Shown one piece after another: positions 28,301-40,999 of a stretch of DNA of 64,000 bases. Origin of the DNA: Eledone cirrhosa (taxonomy: Eukaryota); the NCBI GenBank assembly GCA_964016885.1, contig OZ024759.1, positions 5,394,001 through 5,458,000 of the forward strand, given 5' to 3'. The notes under the pieces were generated by a model. That model did no database searches, was not told the DNA's origin, and saw only the letters and a list, made by a program, of their open reading frames with translations. The position numbers and the translations under genes were made by a program. Within the stretch, counting starts at the first letter, position 1, and the number at the start of each line of letters is the position of its first letter.

Positions 28301-31300
28301 AAGTAACTCCACTGTTGGTGAGAATTCATTTAAGTTCATGGTACTAGCTGTCAGAAGTAACTACACTGTTGGTGAGAATTCATTTAAGTTCATGGTATTA
28401 GCTGTCAGAAGTAACTCCACTGTTGGTGAGAATTCATTTAAGTTCATGGTACTAGCTGTCAGAAGTAACTCCACTGTTTGTGAGAATTCATTTAAGTCAT
28501 GGTATTAGCTGTCAGAAGTAACTCCGATGTTGGTGAGAATTCATTTAAGTCATGGTACTAGCTGTCAGAAGTAACTCCAATGTTGGTGAGAATTCATTTA
28601 AGTTCATGGTATTAGCTGTCAGAAGGAACTCCACTGTTGGTGAGAATTCATTTAAGTTCATGGTATTAGCTGTCAGAAGTAACTCCACTGTTGGTGAGAA
28701 TTCATTTAAGTTCATGGTACTAGCTGTCAGAAGTAACTCCACTGTTGGTGAGAATTCAGTTAAGTTCATGGTACTAGCTGTCAGAAGTAACTCCACTGTT
28801 GGTGAGAATTCAGTTAAGTTCATGGTATTAGCTGTCAGAAGGAACTCCACTGTTGGTGAGAATTCATTTAAGTTCATGGTATTAGCTGTCAGAAGTAACT
28901 CCACTGTTGGTGAGAATTCATTTAAGTCATGGTATTAGTTGTCAGAAGTAACTCCAATGTTGGTGAGAATTCATTTAAGTTCATGGTACTAGCTGTCAGA
29001 AGTAACTCCACTGTTGGTGACAATTCATTTAAGTTCATGGTATTAGCTGTCAGAAGTAACTCCACTGTTGGTGAGAATTCATTTAAGTCATGGTATTAGC
29101 TGTCAGAAGTAACTCCATTGTTTGTGAGAATTCATTTAAGTCATGGTACTAGCTGTCAGAAGTAACTCCACTGTTGGTGAGAATTCATTTAAGTTCATGG
29201 TACTAGCTGTCAGAAGTAACTCCACTGTTGGTGAGAATTCATTTAAGTTCATGGTATTAGCTGTCAGAAGTAACTCCACTGTTGGTGAGAATTCATTTAA
29301 GTTCATGGTATTAGCTGTCAGAAGTAACTCCACTGTTGGTGAGAATTCATTTAAGTCATGGTATTAGCTGTCAGAAGTAACTCCAATGTTGGTGAGAATT
29401 CATTTAAGTTCATGGTATTAGCTGTCAGAAGGAACTCTACTGTTGGTGAGAATTCATTTAAGTTCATGGTATTAGCTGTCAGAAGTAACTCCACTGTTGG
29501 TGAGAATTCATTTAAGTTCATGGTACTAGCTGTCAGAAGTAACTCCAATGTTGGTGAGAATTCATTTAAGTTCATGGTATTAGCTGTCAGAAGTAACTCC
29601 ACTGTTGGTGAGAATTCATTTAAGTTCATGGTATTAGCTGTCAGAAGTAACTCCACTGTTGGTGAGAATTCATTTAAGTTCATGGTACTAGCTGTCAGAA
29701 GTAACTCCACTGTTGGTGAGAATTCATTTAAGTTCATGGTATTAGCTGTCAGAAGTAACTCCACTGTTGGTGAGAATTCATTTAAGTTCATGGTACTAGC
29801 TGTCAGAAGTAACTCCACTGTTGGTGAGAATTCATTTAAGTCATGGTATTAGCTGTCAGAAGTAACTCCGATGTTGGTGAGAATTCATTTAAGTCATGGT
29901 ACTAGCTGTCAGAAGTAACTCCAATGTTGGTGAGAATTCATTTAAGTTCATGGTATTAGCTGTCAGAAGGAACTCCACTGTTGGTGAGAATTCATTTAAG
30001 TTCATGGTATTAGCTGTCAGAAGTAACTCCACTGTTGGTGAGAATTCATTTAAGTTCATGGTACTAGCTGTCAGAAGTAACTCCACTGTTGGTGAGAATT
30101 CAGTTAAGTTCATGGTACTAGCTGTCAGAAGTAACTCCACTGTTGGTGAGAATTCAGTTAAGTTCATGGTATTAGCTGTCAGAAGGAACTCCACTGTTGG
30201 TGAGAATTCATTTAAGTTCATGGTATTAGCTGTCAGAAGTAACTCCACTGTTGGTGAGAATTCATTTAAGTTCATGGTACTAGCCGTCAGAAGTAACTCC
30301 ACTGTTAGTGAGAATTCATTTAAGTTCATGGTATTAGTTGTCAGAAGTAACACCAATGTTGGTGAGAATTAATTTAAATCATGGTATTAGTTGTCAGAAG
30401 TAACTCCAATGTTGGTGAGAATTCATTTAAGTCATGGTACTAGCTGTCAGAAGTAACTCCAATGTTGGTGAGAATTCATTTAAGTTCATGGTATTAGCTG
30501 TCAGAAGTAACTCCACTGTTGGTGAGAATTCAGTTAAGTTCATGGTACTAGCTGTCAGAAGTAACTCCTCTGTTGGTGAGAATTCAGTTAATTTCATGGT
30601 ATTAGCTGTCAGAAGGAACTCCACTGTTGGTGAGAATTCATTTAAGTTCATGGTATTAGCTGTCAGAAGTAACTCCACTGTTGGTGAGAATTCATTTAAG
30701 TTCATGGTACTAGCTGTCATAAGTAACTCCACTGTTGGTGAGAATTCAGTTAAGTTCATGGTATTAGTTGTCAGAAGTAACTCCACTGTTGGTGAGAATT
30801 AATTTAAATCATGGTATTAGTTGTCAGAAGTAACTCCAATGTTGGTGAGAATTCATTTAAGTTCATGGTACTAGCTGTCAGAAGTAACTCCACTGTTGGT
30901 GAGAATTCATTTAAGTTCATGGTATTAGCTGTCAGAAGTAACTCCACTGTTGGTGAGAATTCATTTAAGTCATGGTATTAGCTGTCAGAAGTAACTCCAT
31001 TGTTGGTGAGAATTCATTTAAGTTCATAGTACTAGCTGTCAGAAGTAACTCCACTGTTGGTGAGAATTCATTTAAGTTCATGGTACTAGCTGTCAGAAGT
31101 AACTCCAATGTTGGTGAGAATTCATTTAAGTTCATGGTATTAGCTGTCAGAAGGAACTCCACTGTTGGTGAGAATTCATTTAAGTTCATGGTATTAGCTG
31201 TCAGAAGTAACTCCACTGTTGGTGAGAATTCATTTAAGTTCATGGTACTAGTTGTCAGAAGTAACTCCACTGTTGGTGAGAATTCATTTAAGTCATGGTA

Positions 31301-34300
31301 TTAGCTGTCAGAAGTAACTCCGATGTTGGTGAGAATTCATTTAAGTCATGGTACTAGCTGTCAGAAGTAACTCCAATGTTGGTGAGAATTCATTTAAGTT
31401 CATGGTATTAGCTGTCAGAAGGAACTCCACTGTTGGTGAGAATTCATTTAAGTTCATGGTATTAGCTGTCAGAAGTAACTCCACTGTTGGTGAGAATTCA
31501 TTTAAGTTCATGGTACTAGCTGTCAGAAGTAACTCCACTGTTGGTGAGAATTCAGTTAAGTTCATGGTACTAGCTGTCAGAAGTAACTCCACTGTTGGTG
31601 AGAATTCAGTTAAGTTCATGGTATTAGCTGTCAGAAGGAACTCCACTGTTGGTGAGAATTCATTTAAGTTCATGGTATTAGCTGTCAGAAGTAACTCCAC
31701 TGTTGGTGAGAATTCATTTAAGTCATGGTATTAGTTGTCAGAAGTAACTCCAATGTTGGTGAGAATTCATTTAAGTTCATGGTACTAGCTGTCAGAAGTA
31801 ACTCCACTGTTGGTGACAATTCATTTAAGTTCATGGTATTAGCTGTCAGAAGTAACTCCACTGTTGGTGAGAATTCATTTAAGTCATGGTATTAGCTGTC
31901 AGAAGTAACTCCATTGTTTGTGAGAATTCATTTAAGTCATGGTACTAGCTGTCAGAAGTAACTCCACTGTTGGTGAGAATTCATTTAAGTTCATGGTACT
32001 AGCTGTCAGAAGTAACTCCACTGTTGGTGAGAATTCATTTAAGTTCATGGTATTAGCTGTCAGAAGTAACTCCACTGTTGGTGAGAATTCATTTAAGTTC
32101 ATGGTATTAGCTGTCAGAAGTAACTCCACTGTTGGTGAGAATTCATTTAAGTCATGGTATTAGCTGTCAGAAGTAACTCCAATGTTGGTGAGAATTCATT
32201 TAAGTTCATGGTATTAGCTGTCAGAAGGAACTCTACTGTTGGTGAGAATTCATTTAAGTTCATGGTATTAGCTGTCAGAAGTAACTCCACTGTTGGTGAG
32301 AATTCATTTAAGTTCATGGTACTAGCTGTCAGAAGTAACTCCAATGTTGGTGAGAATTCATTTAAGTTCATGGTATTAGCTGTCAGAAGTAACTCCACTG
32401 TTGGTGAGAATTCATTTAAGTTCATGGTATTAGCTGTCAGAAGTAACTCCACTGTTGGTGAGAATTCATTTAAGTTCATGGTACTAGCTGTCAGAAGTAA
32501 CTCCACTGTTGGTGAGAATTCATTTAAGTTCATGGTATTAGCTGTCAGAAGTAACTCCACTGTTGGTGAGAATTCATTTAAGTTCATGGTACTAGCTGTC
32601 AGAAGTAACTCCACTGTTGGTGAGAATTCATTTAAGTCATGGTATTAGCTGTCAGAAGTAACTCCGATGTTGGTGAGAATTCATTTAAGTCATGGTACTA
32701 GCTGTCAGAAGTAACTCCAATGTTGGTGAGAATTCATTTAAGTTCATGGTATTAGCTGTCAGAAGGAACTCCACTGTTGGTGAGAATTCATTTAAGTTCA
32801 TGGTATTAGCTGTCAGAAGTAACTCCACTGTTGGTGAGAATTCATTTAAGTTCATGGTACTAGCTGTCAGAAGTAACTCCACTGTTGGTGAGAATTCAGT
32901 TAAGTTCATGGTACTAGCTGTCAGAAGTAACTCCACTGTTGGTGAGAATTCAGTTAAGTTCATGGTATTAGCTGTCAGAAGGAACTCCACTGTTGGTGAG
33001 AATTCATTTAAGTTCATGGTATTAGCTGTCAGAAGTAACTCCACTGTTGGTGAGAATTCATTTAAGTTCATGGTACTAGCTGTCAGAAGTAACTCCACTG
33101 TTAGTGAGAATTCATTTAAGTTCATGGTATTAGTTGTCAGAAGTAACACCAATGTTGGTGAGAATTAATTTAAATCATGGTATTAGTTGTCAGAAGTAAC
33201 TCCAATGTTGGTGAGAATTCATTTAAGTCATGGTACTAGCTGTCAGAAGTAACTCCAATGTTGGTGAGAATTCATTTAAGTTCATGGTATTAGCTGTCAG
33301 AAGTAACTCCACTGTTGGTGAGAATTCAGTTAAGTTCATGGTACTAGCTGTCAGAAGTAACTCCTCTGTTGGTGAGAATTCAGTTAATTTCATGGTATTA
33401 GCTGTCAGAAGGAACTCCACTGTTGGTGAGAATTCATTTAAGTTCATGGTATTAGCTGTCAGAAGTAACTCCACTGTTGGTGAGAATTCATTTAAGTTCA
33501 TGGTACTAGCTGTCATAAGTAACTCCACTGTTGGTGAGAATTCAGTTAAGTTCATGGTATTAGTTGTCAGAAGTAACTCCACTGTTGGTGAGAATTAATT
33601 TAAATCATGGTATTAGTTGTCAGAAGTAACTCCAATGTTGGTGAGAATTCATTTAAGTTCATGGTACTAGCTGTCAGAAGTAACTCCACTGTTGGTGAGA
33701 ATTCATTTAAGTTCATGGTATTAGCTGTCAGAAGTAACTCCACTGTTGGTGAGAATTCATTTAAGTCATGGTATTAGCTGTCAGAAGTAACTCCATTGTT
33801 GGTGAGAATTCATTTAAGTTCATAGTACTAGCTGTCAGAAGTAACTCCACTGTTGGTGAGAATTCATTTAAGTTCATGGTACTAGCTGTCAGAAGTAACT
33901 CCAATGTTGGTGAGAATTCATTTAAGTTCATGGTATTAGCTGTCAGAAGGAACTCCACTGTTGGTGAGAATTCATTTAAGTTCATGGTATTAGCTGTCAG
34001 AAGTAACTCCACTGTTGGTGAGAATTCATTTAAGTTCATGGTACTAGTTGTCAGAAGTAACTCCACTGTTGGTGAGAATTCATTTAAGTTCATGGTATTA
34101 GTTGTCAGAAGTAACTGCACTGTTGGTGAGAATTCATTTAAGTCATGGTATTAGTTGTCAGAAGTAACTCCAATGTTGGTGAGAATTCATTTAAGTTCAT
34201 GGTACTAGCTGTCAGAAGTAACTCCACTGTTGGTGAGAATTCATTTAAGTTCATGGTATTAGCTGTCAGAAGTAACTCCACTGTTGGTGAGAATTCATTT

Positions 34301-35708
34301 AAGTCATGGTATTAGCTGTCAGAAGTAACTCCATTGTTGGTGAGAATTCATTTAAGTCATGGTACTAGCTGTCAGAAGTAACTCCACTGTTGGTGAGAAT
34401 TCATTTAAGTTCATGGTACTAGCTGTCAGAAGTAACTCCACTGTTGGTGAGAATTCATTTAAGTTCATGGTATTAGCTGTCAGAAGTAACTCCACTGTTG
34501 GTGAGAATTCATTTAAGTTCATGGTATTAGTTGTCAGAAGTAACTCCAATGTTGTTGAGAATTCATTTAAGTTCATGGTACTAGCTGTCAGAAGTAACTC
34601 CACTGTTGGTGAGAATTCATTTAAGTTCATGGTATTAGCTGTCAGAAGTAACTCCACTGTTGGTGAGAATTCATTTAAGTTCATGGTATTAGCTGTCAGA
34701 AGTAACTCCACTGTTGGTGAGAATTCATTTAAGTCATGGTATTAGCTGTCAGAAGTAACTCCAATGTTGTTGAGAATTCATTTAAGTTCATGGTATTAGC
34801 TGTCAGAAGGAACTCTACTGTTGGTGAGAATTCATTTAAGTTCATGGTATTAGCTGTCAGAAGTAACTCCACTGTTGGTGAGAATTCATTTAAGTTCATG
34901 GTACTAGCTGTCAGAAGTAACTACACTGTTGGTGAGAATTCATTTAAGTTCATGGTATTAGCTGTCAGAAGTAACTCCACTGTTGGTGAGAATTCATTTA
35001 AGTTCATGGTACTAGCTGTCAGAAGTAACTCCACTGTTGGTGAGAATTCATTTAAGTCATGGTATTAGCTGTCAGAAGTAACTCCGATGTTGGTGAGAAT
35101 TCATTTAAGTCATGGTACTAGCTGTCAGAAGTAACTCCAATGTTGGTGAGAATTCATTTAAGTTCATGGTATTAGCTGTCAGAAGGAACTCCACTGTTGG
35201 TGAGAATTCATTTAAGTTCATGGTATTAGCTGTCAGAAGTAACTCCACTGTTGGTGAGAATTCATTTAAGTTCATGGTACTAGCTGTCAGAAGTAACTCC
35301 ACTGTTGGTGAGAATTCAGTTAAGTTCATGGTACTAGCTGTCAGAAGTAACTCCACTGTTGGTGAGAATTCAGTTAAGTTCATGGTATTAGCTGTCAGAA
35401 GGAACTCCACTGTTGGTGAGAATTCATTTAAGTTCATGGTATTAGCTGTCAGAAGTAACTCCACTGTTGGTGAGAATTCATTTAAGTCATGGTATTAGTT
35501 GTCAGAAGTAACTCCAATGTTGGTGAGAATTCATTTAAGTTCATGGTACTAGCTGTCAGAAGTAACTCCACTGTTGGTGAGAATTCATTTAAGTTCATGG
35601 TATTAGCTGTCAGAAGTAACTCCACTGTTGGTGAGAATTCATTTAAGTCATGGTATTAGCTGTCAGAAGTAACTCCATTGTTTGTGAGAATTCATTTAAG
35701 TCATGGTA
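20175..35708. repeat. Large near-perfect tandem duplication: copy 1 ~20175-27805, copy 2 ~27864-35708 (offset 7689, then 7903 after a 214-bp indel)
   Basis: ORF-track blocks map at +7689 (20318/28007 through 22738/30427), then at +7903 (23438/31341 through 27202/35105). Private SNPs AGCCGTC at 22596/30285 and GTTGTTGAG at 26652/34555 confirm both offsets. Confidence 0.93.
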
Positions 35709-36349
35709 CTAGCTGTCAGAAGTAACTCCACTGTTGGTGAGAATTCATTTAAGTTCATGGTACTAGCTGTCAGAAGTAACTCCACTGTTGGTGAGAATTC
35801 ATTTAAGTTCATGGTATTAGCTGTCAGAAGTAACTCCACTGTTGGTGAGAATTCATTTAAGTTCATGGTATTAGTTGTCAGAAGTAACTCCAATGTTGGT
35901 GAGAATTCATTTAAGTTCATGGTACGAGCTGTCAGAAGTAACTCCACTGTTGGTGAGAATTCATTTAAGTTCATGGTATTAGCTGTCAGAAGTAACTCCA
36001 CTGTTGGTGAGAATTCATTTAAGTTCATGGTATTAGCTGTCAGAAGTAACTCCACTGTTGGTGAGAATTCATTTAAGTTCATGGTACTAGCTGTCAGAAG
36101 TAACTCCAATGTTGGTGAGAATTCATTTAAGTTCATGGTATTAGCTGTCAGAAGTAACTCCACTGTTGGTGAGAATTCATTTAAGTTCATGGTATTAGCT
36201 GTCAGAAGTAACTCCACTGTTGGTGAGAATTCATTTAAGTTCATGGTACTAGCTGTCAGAAGTAACTCCACTGTTGGTGAGAATTCATTTAAGTTCATGG
36301 TATTAGCTGTCAGAAGTAACTCCACTGTTGGTGAGAATTCATTTAAGTT

Positions 36350-38180
36350 CATGGTACTAGCTGTCAGAAGTAACTCCACTGTTGGTGAGAATTCATTTAA
36401 GTCATGGTATTAGCTGTCAGAAGTAACTCCGATGTTGGTGAGAATTCATTTAAGTCATGGTACTAGCTGTCAGAAGTAACTCCAATGTTGGTGAGAATTC
36501 ATTTAAGTTCATGGTATTAGCTGTCAGAAGGAACTCCACTGTTGGTGAGAATTCATTTAAGTTCATGGTATTAGCTGTCAGAAGTAACTCCACTGTTGGT
36601 GAGAATTCATTTAAGTTCATGGTACTAGCTGTCAGAAGTAACTCCACTGTTGGTGAGAATTCAGTTAAGTTCATTGTACTAGCTGTCAGAAGTAACTCCA
36701 CTGTTGGTGAGAATTCAGTTAAGTTCATGGTATTAGCTGTCAGAAGGAACTCCACTGTTGGTGAGAATTCATTTAAGTTCATGGTATTAGCTGTCAGAAG
36801 TAACTCCACTGTTGGTGAGAATTCATTTAAGTTCATGGTACTAGCTGTCAGAAGTAACTCCACTGTTGGTGAGAATTCATTTAAGTTCATGGTATTAGTT
36901 GTCAGAAGTAACACCAATGTTGGTGAGAATTAATTTAAATCATGGTATTAGTTGTCAGAAGTAACTCCAATGTTGGTGAGAATTCATTTAAGTCATGGTA
37001 CTAGCTGTCAGAAGTAACTCCAATGTTGGTGAGAATTCATTTAAGTTCATGGTATTAGCTGTCAGAAGGAACTCCACTGTTGGTGAGAATTCATTTAAGT
37101 TCATGGTACTAGCTGTCAGAAGTAACTCCACTGTTGGTGAGAATTCAGTTAAGTTCATGGTACTAGCTGTCAGAAGTAACTCCTCTGTTGGTGAGAATTC
37201 AGTTAATTTCATGGTATTAGCTGTCAGAAGGAACTCCACTGTTGGTGAGAATTCATTTAAGTTCATGGTACTAGCTGTCAGAAGTAACTCCACTGTTGGT
37301 GAGAATTCATTTAAGTCATGGTATTAGCTGTCAGAAGTAACTCCGATGTTGGTGAGAATTCATTTAAGTCATGGTACTAGCTGTCAGAAGTAACTCCAAT
37401 GTTGGTGAGAATTCATTTAAGTTCATGGTATTAGCTGTTAGAAGGAACTCCACTGTTGGTGAGAATTCATTTAAGTTCATGGTATTAGCTGTCAGAAGTA
37501 ACTCCACTGTTGGTGAGAATTCATTTAAGTTCATGGTACTAGCTGTCAGAAGTAACTCCACTGTTGGTGAGAATTCAGTTAAGTTCATGGTACTAGCTGT
37601 CAGAAGTAACTCCACTGTTGGTGAGAATTCAGTTAAGTTCATGGTATTAGCTGTCAGAAGGAACTCCACTGTTGGTGAGAATTCATTTAAGTTCATGGTA
37701 TTAGCTGTCAGAAGTAACTCCACTGTTGGTGAGAATTCATTTAAGTTCATGGTACTAGCTGTCAGAAGTAACTCCACTGTTGGTGAGAATTCATTTAAGT
37801 TCATGGTATTAGTTGTCAGAAGTAACACCAATGTTGGTGAGAATTAATTTAAATCATGGTATTAGTTGTCAGAAGTAACTCCAATGTTGGTGAGAATTCA
37901 TTTAAGTCATGGTACTAGCTGTCAGAAGTAACTCCAATGTTGGTGAGAATTCATTTAAGTTCATGGTATTAGCTGTCAGAAGGAACTCCACTGTTGGTGA
38001 GAATTCATTTAAGTTCATGGTACTAGCTGTCAGAAGTAACTCCACTGTTGGTGAGAATTCAGTTAAGTTCATGGTACTAGCTGTCAGAAGTAACTCCTCT
38101 GTTGGTGAGAATTCAGTTAATTTCATGGTATTAGCTGTCAGAAGGAACTCCACTGTTGGTGAGAATTCATTTAAGTTCAT
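36350..38180. repeat. 914-bp (17-monomer) tandem duplication
   Basis: ORF blocks 36450/37364 and 36988/37902 are +914 with the same order of variant monomers (TCCGATG, CAGTTAAG x2, AACACCAAT, CAGTTAATTTC). Confidence 0.82.
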
Positions 38181-40999
38181 GGTATTAGCTGTCAGAAGTA
38201 ACTCCACTGTTGGTGAGAATTCATTTAAGTTCATGGTACTAGCTGTCAGAAGTAACTCCACTGTTGGTGAGAATTCATTTAAGTTCATGGTACTAGCTGT
38301 CAGAAGTAACTCCACTGTTGGTGAGAATTCAGTTAAGTTCATGGTATTAGTTGTCAGAAGTAACTCCACTGTTTGTGAGAATTAATTTAAATCATGGTAT
38401 TAGTTGTCAGAAGTAACTCCAATGTTGGTGAGAATTCATTTAAGTTCATGGTACTAGCTGTCAGAAGTAACTCCACTGTTGGTGAGAATTCATTTAAGTT
38501 CATGGTATTAGCTGTCAGAAGTAACTCCACTGTTGGTGAGAATTCATTTAAGTCATGGTATTAGCTGTCAGAAGTAACTCCATTGTTGGTGAGAATTCAT
38601 TTAAGTCATGGTACTAGCTGTCAGAAGTAACTCCACTGTTGGTGAGAATTCATTTAAGTTCATGGTACTAGCTGTCAGAAGTAACTCCACTGTTGGTGAG
38701 AATTCATTTAAGTTCATGGTACTAGCTGTCAGAAGTAACTCCACTGTTGGTGAGAATTCATTTAAGCTCATGGTACTAGCTGTCAGAAGTAACTCCACTG
38801 TTGGTGAGAATTCATTTAAGTTCATGGTACTAGCTGTCAGAAGTAACTCCAATGTTGGTGAGAATTCATTTAAGTTCATGGTATTAGCTGTCAGAAGGAA
38901 CTCCACTGTTGGTGAGAATTCATTTAAGTTCATGGTATTAGCTGTCAGAAGTAACTCCACTGTTGGTGAGAATTCATTTAAGTTCATGGTACTAGTTGTC
39001 AGAAGTAACTCCACTGTTGGTGAGAATTCATTTAAGTTCATGGTATTAGTTGTCAGAAGTAACTCCACTGTTGGTGAGAATTCATTTAAGTCATGGTATT
39101 AGTTGTCAGAAGTAACTCCAATGTTGGTGAGAATTCATTTAAGTTCATGGTACTAGCTGTCAGAAGTAACTCCACTGTTGGTGAGAATTCATTTAAGTTC
39201 ATGGTATTAGCTGTCAGAAGTAACTCCACTGTTGGTGAGAATTCATTTAAGTCATGGTATTAGCTGTCAGAAGTAACTCCATTGTTGGTGAGAATTCATT
39301 TAAGTCATGGTACTAGCTGTCAGAAGTAACACCACTGTTGGTGAGAATTAATTTAAATCATGGTATTAGTTGTCAGAAGTAATTCCAATGTTGGTGAGAA
39401 TTCATTTAAGTCATGGTACTAGCTGTCAGAAGTAACTCCACTGTTGGTGAGAATTCAGTTAAGTTCATGGTACTAGCTGTCAGAAGTAACTCCTCTGTTG
39501 GTGAGAATTCAGTTAAGTTCATGGTATTAGCTGTCAGAAGGAACTCCACTGTTGGTGAGAATTCATTTAAGTTCATGGTATTAGCTGTCAGAAGTAACTC
39601 CACTGTTGGTGAGAATTCATTTAAGTTCATGGTACTAGCTGTCAGAAGTAACTCCACTGTTGGTGAGAATTCATTTAAGTTCATGGTACTAGCTGTCAGA
39701 AGTAACTCCACTGTTGGTGAGAATTCAGTTAAGTTCATGGTATTAGTTGTCAGAAGTAACTCCACTGTTGGTGAGAATTAATTTAAATCATGGTATTAGT
39801 TGTCAGAAGTAACTCCACTGTTGGTGAGAATTAATTTAAATCATGGTATTAGTTGTCAGAAGTAACTCCAATGTTGGTGAGAATTCATTTAAGTTCATGG
39901 TACTAGCTGTCAGAAGTAACTCCACTGTTGGTGAGAATTCATTTAAGTCATGGTATTAGCTGTCAGAAGTAACTCCAATGTTGGTGAGAATTCATTTAAG
40001 TTCATGGTATTAGCTGTCAGAAGGAACTCTACTGTTGGTGAGAATTCATTTAAGTTCATGGTATTAGCTGTCAGAAGTAACTCCACTGTTGGTGAGAATT
40101 CATTTAAGTTCATGGTACTAGCTGTCAGAAGTAACTCCAATGTTGGTGAGAATTCATTTAAGTTCATGGTATTAGCTGTCAGAAGTAACTCCACTGTTGG
40201 TGAGAATTCATTTAAGTTCATGGTATTAGCTGTCAGAAGTAACTCCACTGTTGGTGAGAATTCATTTAAGTTCATGGTACTAGCTGTCAGAAGTAACTCC
40301 ACTGTTGGTGAGAATTCATTTAAGTTCATGGTATTAGCTGTCAGAAGTAACTCCACTGTTGGTGAGAATTCATTTAAGTCATGGTATTAGCTGTCAGAAG
40401 TAACTCCATTGTTTGTGAGAATTCATTTAAGTCATGGTACTAGCTGTCAGAAGTAACTCCACTGTTGGTGAGAATTCATTTAAGTTCATGGTACTAGCTG
40501 TCAGAAGTAACTCCACTGTTGGTGAGAATTCATTTAAGTCATGGTATTAGCTGTCAGAAGTAACCTCGATGTTGGTGAGAATTCATTTAAGTCATGGTAC
40601 TAGCTGTCAGAAGTAACTCCAATGTTGGTGAGAATTCATTTAAGTTCATGGTATTAGCTGTCAGAAGGAACTCCACTGTTGGTGAGAATTCATTTAAGTT
40701 CATGGTATTAGCTGTCAGAAGTAACTCCACTGTTGGTGAGAATTCATTTAAGTTCATGGTACTAGCTGTCAGAAGTAACTCCACTGTTGGTGAGAATTCA
40801 GTTAAGTTCATGGTACTAGCTGTCAGAAGTAACTCCACTGTTGGTGAGAATTCAGTTAAGTTCATGGTATTAGCTGTCAGAAGGAACTCCACTGTTGGTG
40901 AGAATTCATTTAAGTTCATGGTATTAGCTGTCAGAAGTAACTCCACTGTTGGTGAGAATTCATTTAAGTTCATGGTACTAGCTGTCAGAAGTAACTCCA

